From NCBI GenBank assembly GCA_964384825.1, contig CAYLMM010000003.1, positions 48,463 to 112,462 on the forward strand: 64,000 nt of DNA. The letters run 5' to 3'. The notes below the pieces were generated by a model. The model was not told where the DNA came from. It worked only from the letters and a program-made list of their open reading frames with translations, and ran no database searches. A program made the position numbers and the translations under genes. Of this stretch, positions 1 through 9,445 are shown one piece after another; the stretch's first letter is position 1, and each line of letters starts with the position of its first letter. Source of the stretch: an uncultured Fibrobacteraceae bacterium (GTDB lineage: Bacteria; Krumholzibacteriota; Krumholzibacteriia; LZORAL124-64-63).

Positions 1-601
1 GGCGCAGGTCGAGCAGCAGCTCGTGCCGTCGCCCGTCGACGCCGAAGACCAGGCGCGCCTCGGTCGCGGGGTCGAGCAGCTCCTTCAGCCGTCCGACCCG
101 CCGGTTCACCTCGTCGTAGTCCAGGCGCAGCGCGGGCACCATCGAGGGCAGGAATCCCGGCATCGTCGCCGCGCGCAGGGGATGCGAGCGGGCGGCGACC
201 TTCATCGGCGCGGTGGCCGACAGCTCGGTCGGGGCGATCAGCAGGCTGTGTTCGGCGAACAGGCGCTCGAAGGGGACGGCTTCGCGCCCGGCCAGCTCGT
301 CGGCGTGGTGCAGGACCTCGCCGATTCCGGGATGGCAGTCGGCGGGCAGGTCGGCGTTGTTGCCGCCGGCGTTGCGGTACCAGGCCAGGGTCACCCGGGG
401 CAGGCCCAGCTCGTCGCGGGCCTCGGCCAGGCGCGCCGCCCATTCGGCCGCCAGCTCGCGCCGCCGCCGCCAGTCCGGGTTGTCCGCGAGGCGGTCGTCG
501 GGCAGGTCCACGATCACCGCGAGGCCGGTGTCGGCGGACGTGGGCTGGAAGACGCGGCGGACGAGGCGGACCAGTTCGGCGGCGGAAAGATTCTCGGACA
601 T
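1..601 (-). CDS. hypothetical protein (N-terminal part; the gene runs off the window edge)
   Basis: Reverse-complement translation from the ATG at ~599-601 gives MSENLSAAELVRLVRRVFQPTSADTGLAVIVDLPDD... with no stop before the window edge. A GGGAGG RBS lies 6 nt upstream. It is absent from the ORF track because it has no stop in the window. I recognise no family. Confidence 0.5.
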   Translation of the reverse strand, partial: MSENLSAAELVRLVRRVFQPTSADTGLAVIVDLPDDRLADNPDWRRRRELAAEWAARLAEARDELGLPRVTLAWYRNAGGNNADLPADCHPGIGEVLHHADELAGREAVPFERLFAEHSLLIAPTELSATAPMKVAARSHPLRAATMPGFLPSMVPALRLDYDEVNRRVGRLKELLDPATEARLVFGVDGRRHELLLDLR

Positions 602-756
602 CGATGTGCCTCCCTCGGAGTTTCATGGCCGCCCGCGGATCGGGCGACGGCCGTACTCGTAATTTCTGTGGCAATGATCGCATGGTAAAGGCTATTTTGC
701 ATTCCGAAGCGGCGTCCTCTCCGGCTGGCCGCGATATCCGTACACGAGGAGTTCCC

Positions 757-1998
757 ATGAGTCAGGACCGCGAAACCAATCTCGCGCTGTTCATCGATTT
801 CGACAACGTCGCTCTCGGCGCGCGCGACATGCGCCAGCGTTTCGATATCAACCACGTTCTCGGCCGGCTGCTCGAGAAGGGCCGCATCATCATGAAAAAG
901 GCCTACGCCGACTGGAGCTACTATCCGGAATACATGGGCGATCTCCATGCGGCGGCCATCGAATTGATCGAGGTGCCTTCGCCGCGGGTCAGCGGCAAGA
1001 ACAGCGCCGACATCCGCCTGGTCGTCGACGCCCTGGACCTCTGCTACAGCAACAACCACATCGACACCTTCGTGATCGTCTCGGGCGACTCGGACTTCTC
1101 GCCCCTGGTCTCGAAGCTGCGGGAGAACGCCAAGTCGGTCATCGGGATCGGCGTGCGCGGGTCCAGCTCGAAGCTGCTGATCTCCAACTGCGACGAGTTC
1201 ATCTTCTACGACGACCTGATGCAGAAGAAGGACGGCGGCCGCACGCCCCGGATGGACAACGTACCGGCCGAGAAGAAGAAGCTCTTCAGCCTGCTGGTCT
1301 CGACCATCCAGGGCCTGATGCTCGAGCACAAGGGGCCGCTCTACTCGTCGCTGGTCAAGGACACGATGAAGCGCAAGAAGCCCGACTTCAACGAATCGAA
1401 CTGGAACTACAGCTCCTTCGGCGACGTGCTCGAGGACGCCATGGCCCTCGGTCTGCTCACCGCCAGCCGCGACGAGCAGGCCGGCGGCACCTGGGTCGTG
1501 ACCGCGCTCGGCTTCGCCGGCGACGCGTCGTCGCCGCGGTCCAACGGCCGCAAATCGTCCCGCCGCCGTTCGCGCCGGCGCAGCAGCGGCGGCGCCGAGG
1601 CGCCCGCTCCCGCCGTCGAGACCGACGCCGCGGCCGCCGAAGCTTCCGCGCCCCCCGCGAAGGATGCGGTTCCGGCCGAGGTCCCGGCGCAGGATGCCGG
1701 GCGGTCCGGGGAACCGGACAAGGCCCCGGCCGAGAAGACAGCCCCGGAGGCGGAACGGGCGGCCGCCGAGTCCGCGGCGCCCGCGAAGAAGCCGTCCCGC
1801 AGGACGGCCGCCCGCAAGACCGCGAAGAAGGCGGCGTCGACGAAGAAGACGACCAAGAAGGCCGTGACCAAGAAGGCCGCGACCAAGAAGACGACCAAGA
1901 AGACCGCGACCAGGAAAACGGCGGCGAAGAAGACCACCGCCAAGAAGGCGACCAAGAAGGCGGCCCCGAAGACATCCGATTCCGGCAGTGGAGCCTAG
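757..1998 (+). CDS. NYN/LabA-like nuclease domain protein with an OST-HTH (LOTUS) domain and a histone-H1-like Lys/Ala-rich C-terminal tail
   Basis: ATG at 757 (M52 of the track ORF) with an AGGAG RBS. The N-terminus NLALFIDFDNVALGA...FVIVSGDSDFSPLV is the NYN/PIN-like fold. The central KKKLFSLLVSTIQGL...FGDVLEDAMALGLL is OST-HTH. The C-terminal ~150 aa is low-complexity A/P/E, then KKAxTKK repeats. Confidence 0.8.
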   Translation: MSQDRETNLALFIDFDNVALGARDMRQRFDINHVLGRLLEKGRIIMKKAYADWSYYPEYMGDLHAAAIELIEVPSPRVSGKNSADIRLVVDALDLCYSNNHIDTFVIVSGDSDFSPLVSKLRENAKSVIGIGVRGSSSKLLISNCDEFIFYDDLMQKKDGGRTPRMDNVPAEKKKLFSLLVSTIQGLMLEHKGPLYSSLVKDTMKRKKPDFNESNWNYSSFGDVLEDAMALGLLTASRDEQAGGTWVVTALGFAGDASSPRSNGRKSSRRRSRRRSSGGAEAPAPAVETDAAAAEASAPPAKDAVPAEVPAQDAGRSGEPDKAPAEKTAPEAERAAAESAAPAKKPSRRTAARKTAKKAASTKKTTKKAVTKKAATKKTTKKTATRKTAAKKTTAKKATKKAAPKTSDSGSGA

Positions 1999-2017
1999 GC
2001 CTCCGGGGAGATCGTCC

Positions 2018-4342
2018 ATGACCACTGATCGCGCCCGGGAATCCGAACCTCGGACCTGGCGGGAGGACCTGAACCACTTCCGCCAGGACAATCCGGTCCT
2101 CTACGAGAAGATCATCCGCTACCTGATGCTGACCCTCCACAAGGAGGGCATCGTGCGGATGGAGCAGCTCGAACTGAACGTCAGCCAGATCCTGGGCAAC
2201 CCCGACTTCCTGCACTGGACCGATCCCAACCGTCCCGAACCCGCCCTGACGATGAAGGAGCTGCAGGCCCTGCGCCAGCTCGTGATCCAGTACGCCTCGC
2301 ACCACTGGGACGACGACAGGATGAAGGGCCTGATCCAGCTCGGGGTGAAGAAGGACGTCGCGCTGCGGCTCGAGGACATCGCCGACGACCCCTTCAGCTC
2401 GTCGGCCGACATCCGCGACGAGGTGCTGCGGTTCTGCGACATGGCGCCGGGCGGCCCCACGCTCTCGATGGCCGACGTGCGCGGGACGCGCGTGGCCCTG
2501 ATCCGGCGCTTCCTCACCGACCAGCTGGAGCTGCTGCGGGTGGCGCGCGACGTGCTGACGATCCGCGACTTCGCCGACATCATCACCCGCGTCGTGGGGC
2601 CGGACCGCGGCCTGGGCAAGCTCGGCGGCAAGGCCACTGGCTTCATCCTGGCCCACGACGTGCTGGCCCGCGCCCGCGAGCAGGGCGCCCCGGTCGGCGA
2701 CTTCACCACGCCGCTGACCTACTACGTGCGCTCGGACGTGATGCTCGAGTTCGTGAAGCTCAACGGGCTCGAGGAAGTCATCAACATCAAGTACGGCGAC
2801 GTCGACGAGCTGCGCAGCCGCTACCGCCTGCTGCGGCGCTATTTCCTGAACGGCCGTTTCCCGCGGTACGTGCGCGAGGCCCTGACCGGCATCCTGCAGT
2901 CTCTGGGCGAGGTGCCGCTGGTGGTGCGCTCGAGCAGCCTGCTCGAGGACCGGCTCGGCGCCGCGTTCTCGGGCAAGTACCAGAGCCTATTTCTGGCCAA
3001 CCAGGGTTCGCCCGAGGAACGCCTGAACGAGTTGCTCGGGGCCATCAGCCAGGTCTACGCCAGCATCTTCTCGCCCGACGCCATCCAGTACCGCGAGGAA
3101 AGGGGCCTGCTCGATTTCCGCGAGGAGATGGCCTGCATCATCCAGCCGGTCGTCGGGCACCGCCTGGGGCGCTACTGGCTGCCCGCGTTCGCGGGGGTGG
3201 CGTTCAGCCGCAACGAGTTCCGCTGGTCGCCCCGGCTCAAGCGCGAGAACGGCATGGTGCGGCTGGTGGCCGGACTGGGCACCCGTGCGGTCGACCGCGT
3301 CGGCGACGATTATCCGCGCCTGTTCAGCCCCGGCCAGCCCAAGCTGCGCGCGACGGTCGAGCCGCGCGAGACCCTCCGCTACAGCCAGACCCGGATCGAC
3401 GTCATCGATCTCGAGAGCAACGAGTTCACGACCGTCCCGGTGGCCGACCTGCTGCAGGAGAAGGGCGGGCGTTTCCCCGCCATGGAACGGATCTTCTCGG
3501 TCTTCCGCGACGAGATGCTGATTCCCGCGTCGACGATGATGTTCAACACCGATCCGCGCGACATGGTGGTCACCTTCGACTCGCTGATCGACCGCGGCCC
3601 CTTCGCCGCGCAGATGAAGGCGATCCTCGACACCCTGGAGGCGGCCTGGCGCGTGCCGGTCGACGTCGAGTTCGCCCACGACGGCCAGCGCCTGTTCATC
3701 CTCCAGTGCCGGCCGCAGAGCCGGGGCGAGCGCCACGAGCGGGTGCGGGTGCCGAGCGGCGTGCCGACCGGCGAACGCGTCTTCTCGGCCGACCATTTCG
3801 TGCCGATGGGGGTGGCGCGCGACATCGAATACGTGGTCTACGTGCCGCCCGAGGCCTACGCCCGGGTGCAGTTCCGCGACCGCATGGTCGAGATCGGGCG
3901 CGCGGTCGGCGAGCTGAACCGGGCTCTGCCCCACCGCCGCTTCATCCTGATGGGGCCGGGGCGCTGGGGCAGCCGCGGCGACATCACCCTCGGCGTGAGC
4001 GTCGAGTACGCCGACATCAACCACGCCCGCCTGCTGGTCGAGGTGGCCCGCCGCAAGGAGGACTACGTGCCCGACGTCTCCTTCGGCACGCATTTCTTCC
4101 AGGACCTGGTCGAGGCCGACATCGCGTATCTGCCCCTCTATCCGGACAAGCCGGACATCGTGTTCAACGAGGATTTCCTGCTCGGGACGCCCAACGCCCT
4201 GGCCGAGGTGCTGCCCAAGCGGGCCGAACTGGACGACGTGCTGCGGGTGATCCACGTCCCGGCGGTGTCGGGCGGGCGCATGCTGCAGGTCTGCATGGAC
4301 GCCGAGGCCGACCGGGCGCTGGCGTTCCTCTGCCGGGAATAG
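2018..4342 (+). CDS. PEP/pyruvate-binding domain protein (PPDK/PEP-synthase N-terminal nucleotide-binding domain homolog; putative ATP-dependent phosphotransferase)
   Basis: Start at MTTDRARESE (ATG 2018, GGGGAG RBS). The central region LVVRSSSLLEDRLGAAFSGKYQSLF...DVEFAHDGQRLFILQCRP matches the PPDK_N / pyruvate-water-dikinase ATP-grasp-like domain. No PEP-utilising His domain is seen. Confidence 0.75.
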   Translation: MTTDRARESEPRTWREDLNHFRQDNPVLYEKIIRYLMLTLHKEGIVRMEQLELNVSQILGNPDFLHWTDPNRPEPALTMKELQALRQLVIQYASHHWDDDRMKGLIQLGVKKDVALRLEDIADDPFSSSADIRDEVLRFCDMAPGGPTLSMADVRGTRVALIRRFLTDQLELLRVARDVLTIRDFADIITRVVGPDRGLGKLGGKATGFILAHDVLARAREQGAPVGDFTTPLTYYVRSDVMLEFVKLNGLEEVINIKYGDVDELRSRYRLLRRYFLNGRFPRYVREALTGILQSLGEVPLVVRSSSLLEDRLGAAFSGKYQSLFLANQGSPEERLNELLGAISQVYASIFSPDAIQYREERGLLDFREEMACIIQPVVGHRLGRYWLPAFAGVAFSRNEFRWSPRLKRENGMVRLVAGLGTRAVDRVGDDYPRLFSPGQPKLRATVEPRETLRYSQTRIDVIDLESNEFTTVPVADLLQEKGGRFPAMERIFSVFRDEMLIPASTMMFNTDPRDMVVTFDSLIDRGPFAAQMKAILDTLEAAWRVPVDVEFAHDGQRLFILQCRPQSRGERHERVRVPSGVPTGERVFSADHFVPMGVARDIEYVVYVPPEAYARVQFRDRMVEIGRAVGELNRALPHRRFILMGPGRWGSRGDITLGVSVEYADINHARLLVEVARRKEDYVPDVSFGTHFFQDLVEADIAYLPLYPDKPDIVFNEDFLLGTPNALAEVLPKRAELDDVLRVIHVPAVSGGRMLQVCMDAEADRALAFLCRE

Positions 4343-4364
4343 GTCCACCGCGACGGCCAGGGAC

Positions 4365-4409
4365 GAAAAAGAACCGGCGGCCCCCGAAGGGACCGCCGGT
4401 CTTTCTTTT
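4365..4409. terminator. bidirectional rho-independent terminator between convergent genes
   Basis: aaaaagaACCGGCGGcccccgaagggaCCGCCGGTctttctttt: a GC stem flanked by an A-tract and a T-tract, between the + strand PPDK_N gene and the - strand gdhA. Confidence 0.55.
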
Positions 4410-4458
4410 CGCCGGAGCGGAGGCCGAGGCCGCGCGGAGGCGGCTCCGGTTCCGTTCG

Positions 4459-5745
<1,287 letters not shown>

Positions 5746-5894
5746 CCCCTTCCCTCCTGGGAAAAGAACCAATTCTGTTTCGAGCGGAGGCCGTGGTCCG
5801 GTCTGCGATCGTGGCGCGCGGCCGGTTCCGCTAGTGGTTGAAAAAAGGCTTGGCGCCTTTCGGAAACTTAGTCACAGGACCACCGGAGTCCAAG

Positions 5895-5922
5895 GAAAAG
5901 GGGCCCGATTCTTCGGGCCCCC
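5895..5922 (-). terminator. rho-independent terminator downstream of the TPR gene
   Basis: Minus-strand GGGGCCCGAAGAATCGGGCCCC followed by TTTTCC, immediately 3' of the stop at 5954. Confidence 0.5.
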
Positions 5923-5953
5923 CAACTCCTTGATGAGCGAGTGTTTACGTGGA

Positions 5954-7072
5954 TTATTCTCCGGCGTCCGGTTCGATATCCTGCTCGGCCGCGTGTTCGA
6001 TCGCGGGCTCGGGCAGAGGCTCGACCGCCATGGCCGCTTCCGCGACGTGGGGGGCGGAGCCGGGCGCCGTCGCGGCCAGGGTCGCGAGATCGGCCGGCTC
6101 GCCAGGGGCCGACGCGGCCAGCGGAGCCAGACGCTCGCTGCTCGCGATCGCCGGCGCGTGTCCGGCCTCGGCGGCCAGGGCGTAGGCGGCCGCCGCGTCG
6201 TCGATGTGGCCGGTGCGTTCGAGGGCCACGGCCAGGTTGTTGCGGATGCGCGGATCGACCGAGTCCAGCTGCGCGGCGCGGGCCAGGGCGGGCAGGGCCT
6301 CGGCGAAGCGCTCGGCCTCGATCAGCACCAGCCCGAGATTGTTCAGGGCCCAGACGTCGTCGCCGTCGCGTTCGAGGGCTTCGACGTAGGCGGTCACGGC
6401 CTCGTCGGTGCGGCCGAGCCCGTGGTATGCGCGGCCCAGCATCCGCCAGGCGACGGCCGAGGAGTCATCGAGTTCGATCGCCTGTTCGGCCGAAGCGAGG
6501 GCGTCCTCGGACCGCTCCAGGTCGAGCAGCGCGCGGGTCAGGTTGATCTCGGCCTTGACCATGTCCGGCTTCAGCGCCAGGGCCTCGCCGAAGGCCTCGA
6601 CAGCCGCTTCCGGCGCGCCGGCCTTGCGCAGGCTCAGGCCCATCATGTAACGGCCCCAGGCGTTCTCGGGCCGGCGTTCGATGTAGACGGCGAAGGCGTC
6701 GGCGGCCTGCTCGTAGCGCTTGCCGAAGTAGGCGGCCTCGCCGCTGCGGTAGATGTCGATCGCGGGCGTGTCGGCGGCGAAGGCGGGCCCGGAGTCGGCG
6801 GCTTCGGCCTCGGCCTCGGCTTCGGTCGCGGTTTCGGCCTCGGCGAAGGCGAGTGCCTGCTCGCCGGCCGTCTCGACGACCGCGATCGCTTCGCTCCGGT
6901 CGCCGGCCGTGGCGACCGAATCCTCGATCGCCGCCAGCGCCGGCGTGTCCTGGTTGTCCGAGGTCACCTTCAGGCCCACCGCCAGGATCGCGCCCAGAAT
7001 GAGCACGAACAGCACTCCGGCCTCGGCGAACTTGATCTTCCTCGGATCCTGGGCGGTCTTCTGGTTCTTCAT
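5954..7072 (-). CDS. TPR-repeat protein with an N-terminal transmembrane anchor and an Ala/Glu-rich linker
   Basis: Start at MKNQKTAQDP (M13). A TM helix VLFVLILGAILAVGL is followed by an (EA)n linker, then repeated TPR-like A..Y...G.....A motifs (AWGRYMMGLSLRKAG, AWRMLGRAYHGLG, VWALNNLGLVLIEAERF). Confidence 0.75.
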   Translation of the reverse strand: MKNQKTAQDPRKIKFAEAGVLFVLILGAILAVGLKVTSDNQDTPALAAIEDSVATAGDRSEAIAVVETAGEQALAFAEAETATEAEAEAEAADSGPAFAADTPAIDIYRSGEAAYFGKRYEQAADAFAVYIERRPENAWGRYMMGLSLRKAGAPEAAVEAFGEALALKPDMVKAEINLTRALLDLERSEDALASAEQAIELDDSSAVAWRMLGRAYHGLGRTDEAVTAYVEALERDGDDVWALNNLGLVLIEAERFAEALPALARAAQLDSVDPRIRNNLAVALERTGHIDDAAAAYALAAEAGHAPAIASSERLAPLAASAPGEPADLATLAATAPGSAPHVAEAAMAVEPLPEPAIEHAAEQDIEPDAGE

Positions 7073-7172
7073 CGCGATACCCTTTCGTCGGGGGATGGTT
7101 GGCGTCATGCCCCACCATCCGCAAGCGGGGGGCCGGAAATCGCGAAGGGTTCGTCGCTGGGTTAATCTATTT

Positions 7173-7192
7173 TACTGTAGATATTTACAGAA
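7173..7192. promoter_or_regulatory. CTGT-N8-ACAG palindrome (LexA/SOS-box-like) in an AT-rich intergenic island
   Basis: tactgtagatatttacagaa fits the CTGT-N8-ACAG architecture of proteobacterial LexA boxes. It sits in a ~42% GC stretch between divergent genes. Confidence 0.3.
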
Positions 7193-7231
7193 ACCCCAAA
7201 CGTTCGGAACACAAGAGGGGTGACCGTTATT

Positions 7232-7271
7232 GTGTCGCGGGGGACACGCTGGATCGTGTCGTTCGGGACAC
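7232..7271. promoter_or_regulatory. two tandem 16-bp palindromes GTGTC-N6-GACAC (candidate dimeric-regulator operators)
   Basis: GTGTCgcggggGACAC and GTGTCgttcggGACAC, 24 bp centre-to-centre, ~150 bp upstream of the secreted-protein gene. Confidence 0.3.
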
Positions 7272-7425
7272 GAAAAATGTGGCTCCATGACTCCGCGATG
7301 CCGGTTCAGCCGCCTTCAGAATCCCGAAAACTTGACATGGATGTACTAAATAGGTCAGAATCACGGAGAGTTTGAACATCGTATTTCACTTGCCTGCGCA
7401 GATGGCCCATCAGGAGGCGATACCG

Positions 7426-8040
7426 ATGCGGCATATCCTGATCACGGTTGCGTGCTTGATGATCCTGGCGGCTCCGGCCCTCGCCGACTCGGGAAAATGC
7501 TATGACGAGGTGGGCATCTTTTTCGATGATCTCGGCTATGTAAACAAATTTGACTGTCCGCACCCGTACACGAGGGTCTATGCCCATCTGATGATCCTCA
7601 GGCCGTCGTGCCCCGGGATTTCCCGTTGGCAGTGCCACGCGTTCACCGAAGGCTCGATCCTGGCGGAAACCTGGGAGTTGACGAGCGGCGGGGTCGATCT
7701 CGGCGGGGAATTCCAGACCGGACTGTTCGACGTGAGCTACGGGTATCTGGAGGACGCCCTGCGGCCTTTTGACGGCATCTGCCTGTTGGCCACCTGGAAT
7801 GCCTACGTCGTGGATCCGAATCGGACCGTGATGTTCTTCGTCCAGCCCTTGCCGGGCTCGACCATATTCCCCGACGCGCCGGGATACATCGACGGCAAGG
7901 ACCCCGATCTGGCTGTGGAGTTGTCCCCGGTCAGCGGACACTTCGACCTGCCGGTTGCGTACATCAATGGCGACTTTGGCTGCCCCGGCATCGACGACGC
8001 CAACCAATCCTGGGGCGCGCTCAAGAATCTCTTTCGCTAG
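7426..8040 (+). CDS. secreted Cys-rich hypothetical protein (signal peptide)
   Basis: Start at MRHILITVACLMILAAPALADSGKCYDE (ATG 7426, CAGGAGG RBS). It has a signal peptide and 8 Cys. Its GC is lower than the surrounding genes. Confidence 0.6.
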   Translation: MRHILITVACLMILAAPALADSGKCYDEVGIFFDDLGYVNKFDCPHPYTRVYAHLMILRPSCPGISRWQCHAFTEGSILAETWELTSGGVDLGGEFQTGLFDVSYGYLEDALRPFDGICLLATWNAYVVDPNRTVMFFVQPLPGSTIFPDAPGYIDGKDPDLAVELSPVSGHFDLPVAYINGDFGCPGIDDANQSWGALKNLFR

Positions 8041-8077
8041 ATACCGGCGACCGAGCGGAGTCCGAGCATCGCCCCGG

Positions 8078-9445
8078 TCACCCCCGCTCGATCCCCAGCC
8101 TCTTGAGCACCTTCGACAGGCTGGCGTGATCGGCCAGGCCCAGCGCCCGCGCGGTGTTGGTCAGATGGTTGTCGTGGCGGGCCAGGGCGGCGCGCACGAT
8201 CCGCCGTTCGGCCTCCTCGCGAAGTTCCTGCAGGGTGCCTTCGATGGGGAAGGGGCCGCCGCCGGGGCCGGCCGCGCTCGGTGCGCCGTCGCCTGCCGGC
8301 GCGAATTCCGCCCCGATCATGTCGCCGTCGCAGGCGATGATCATCCGCTCGATCACGTTGCGCAGCTCGCGCACGTTGTTCCGCTCCCACCCGCGGGCCT
8401 TCAGGGCCGCGACCGCTTCGGGCGCCAGGGTCTTGAAGCGGCGGCCCAGGCGTTCGCAGATCGCGCGCAGGAAGTGGTCGGCCAGCAGCGGCACGTCGTC
8501 GGGACGTTCGCGCAGCGGCGGCACGCGCAGGGTGTGGACGTTCAGGCGGTAGAGCAGATCCTCGCGGAAGCGGCCGGCGCGGACCTCGGCCTCGGGATCG
8601 CGGTTGGTCGCCGCCACGATCCGGCAGTCGACCTTCAGCTCTCGATCGCCGCCGACACGCGTCACCCGCCGCTCCTCGAGCACCCGCAACAGCTTGGCCT
8701 GAGCCGCCGCCGGCAGCTCGCCCATCTCGTCCAGGAACAGGGTGCCGCCGCGGGCCCGTTCGAAGGCGCCGCGGCGCAGGCGGTCGGCGCCGGTGAAGGC
8801 CCCGCGCTCGTGGCCGAAGAGCTCGCTCTCGACCAGGTTTTCGGGCAGCGCCGCGGAGTTCACGGCCAAAAAGGGTCCCTCGGGCCGCGCTCCCAACCGG
8901 TGCAGTTCGCGCGCGACGAGTTCCTTGCCGCTGCCGCTCTCGCCGAGGACCAGCACGGGGCTGGGGATCGGCGCGACCCGGGCGATCGCCTCGCGCAGCG
9001 CGGTCATCGCCCGGCTGCGTCCGATCAGCGGAGTGTCGCCGCCCAGACGCCGGCGCAGGTCGTCGACCTCGCGGGCCAGGCGGTCGTGGGCCAGGGCGTT
9101 CTCGATCTCGCGGGCCACGCGCTCGGTCGGCTCGTCCTTGTCGACGAAGCCCCAGGCGCCCAGCTTGACCGCCTCGACGCAGCGCCGGTAGTTGCCGGTG
9201 CCGGTGTAGACGATCACCGGCACGGCGATGTCGCGTTCCTTCAGCCGCCGCAGCACCCCGAAGCCGTCCAGCCGGGGCATCTCCAGATCCAGCACCACGC
9301 AGTCCACCGCTTCGACGGCCAGCACGTCCAGCGCGTCGCGACCGTCGGCTGCGGTCAGGATCTCGTGGCCGCCGAGGCGGTGCAGATCGTAGGCGTACTG
9401 TTCGCGCATCGCGGCGTTGTCGTCGACGATCAGGATGCGGCTCAT
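8078..9445 (-). CDS. sigma-54-dependent Fis-family response regulator (NtrC-type bacterial enhancer-binding protein)
   Basis: MSRILIVDDNAAMRE is the REC domain. GESGSGKE is the Walker A, ERGAFTGA is the GAFTGA sigma54-contact motif, and the C-terminus has an HTH. The start overlaps the upstream kinase stop (ATGA). The 920-aa track ORF is a read-through frame; the true protein is 455 aa. Confidence 0.9.
   Translation of the reverse strand: MSRILIVDDNAAMREQYAYDLHRLGGHEILTAADGRDALDVLAVEAVDCVVLDLEMPRLDGFGVLRRLKERDIAVPVIVYTGTGNYRRCVEAVKLGAWGFVDKDEPTERVAREIENALAHDRLAREVDDLRRRLGGDTPLIGRSRAMTALREAIARVAPIPSPVLVLGESGSGKELVARELHRLGARPEGPFLAVNSAALPENLVESELFGHERGAFTGADRLRRGAFERARGGTLFLDEMGELPAAAQAKLLRVLEERRVTRVGGDRELKVDCRIVAATNRDPEAEVRAGRFREDLLYRLNVHTLRVPPLRERPDDVPLLADHFLRAICERLGRRFKTLAPEAVAALKARGWERNNVRELRNVIERMIIACDGDMIGAEFAPAGDGAPSAAGPGGGPFPIEGTLQELREEAERRIVRAALARHDNHLTNTARALGLADHASLSKVLKRLGIERG

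Noticed and set aside
514-2656. Long minus-strand ORFs (525 aa, 399 aa, 182 aa) antisense to the NYN-LOTUS and PPDK_N genes
   Set aside because: They are Arg/Gly/Pro-rich low-complexity translations typical of antisense frames in ~70% GC DNA. They have no domain signatures and overlap well-supported genes.
5746-5894. Possible sigma54-like element (cTTGGCGcctttcGGAAA) upstream of gdhA
   Set aside because: Spacing and hexamers do not fit TGGCAC-N5-TTGC on either strand.
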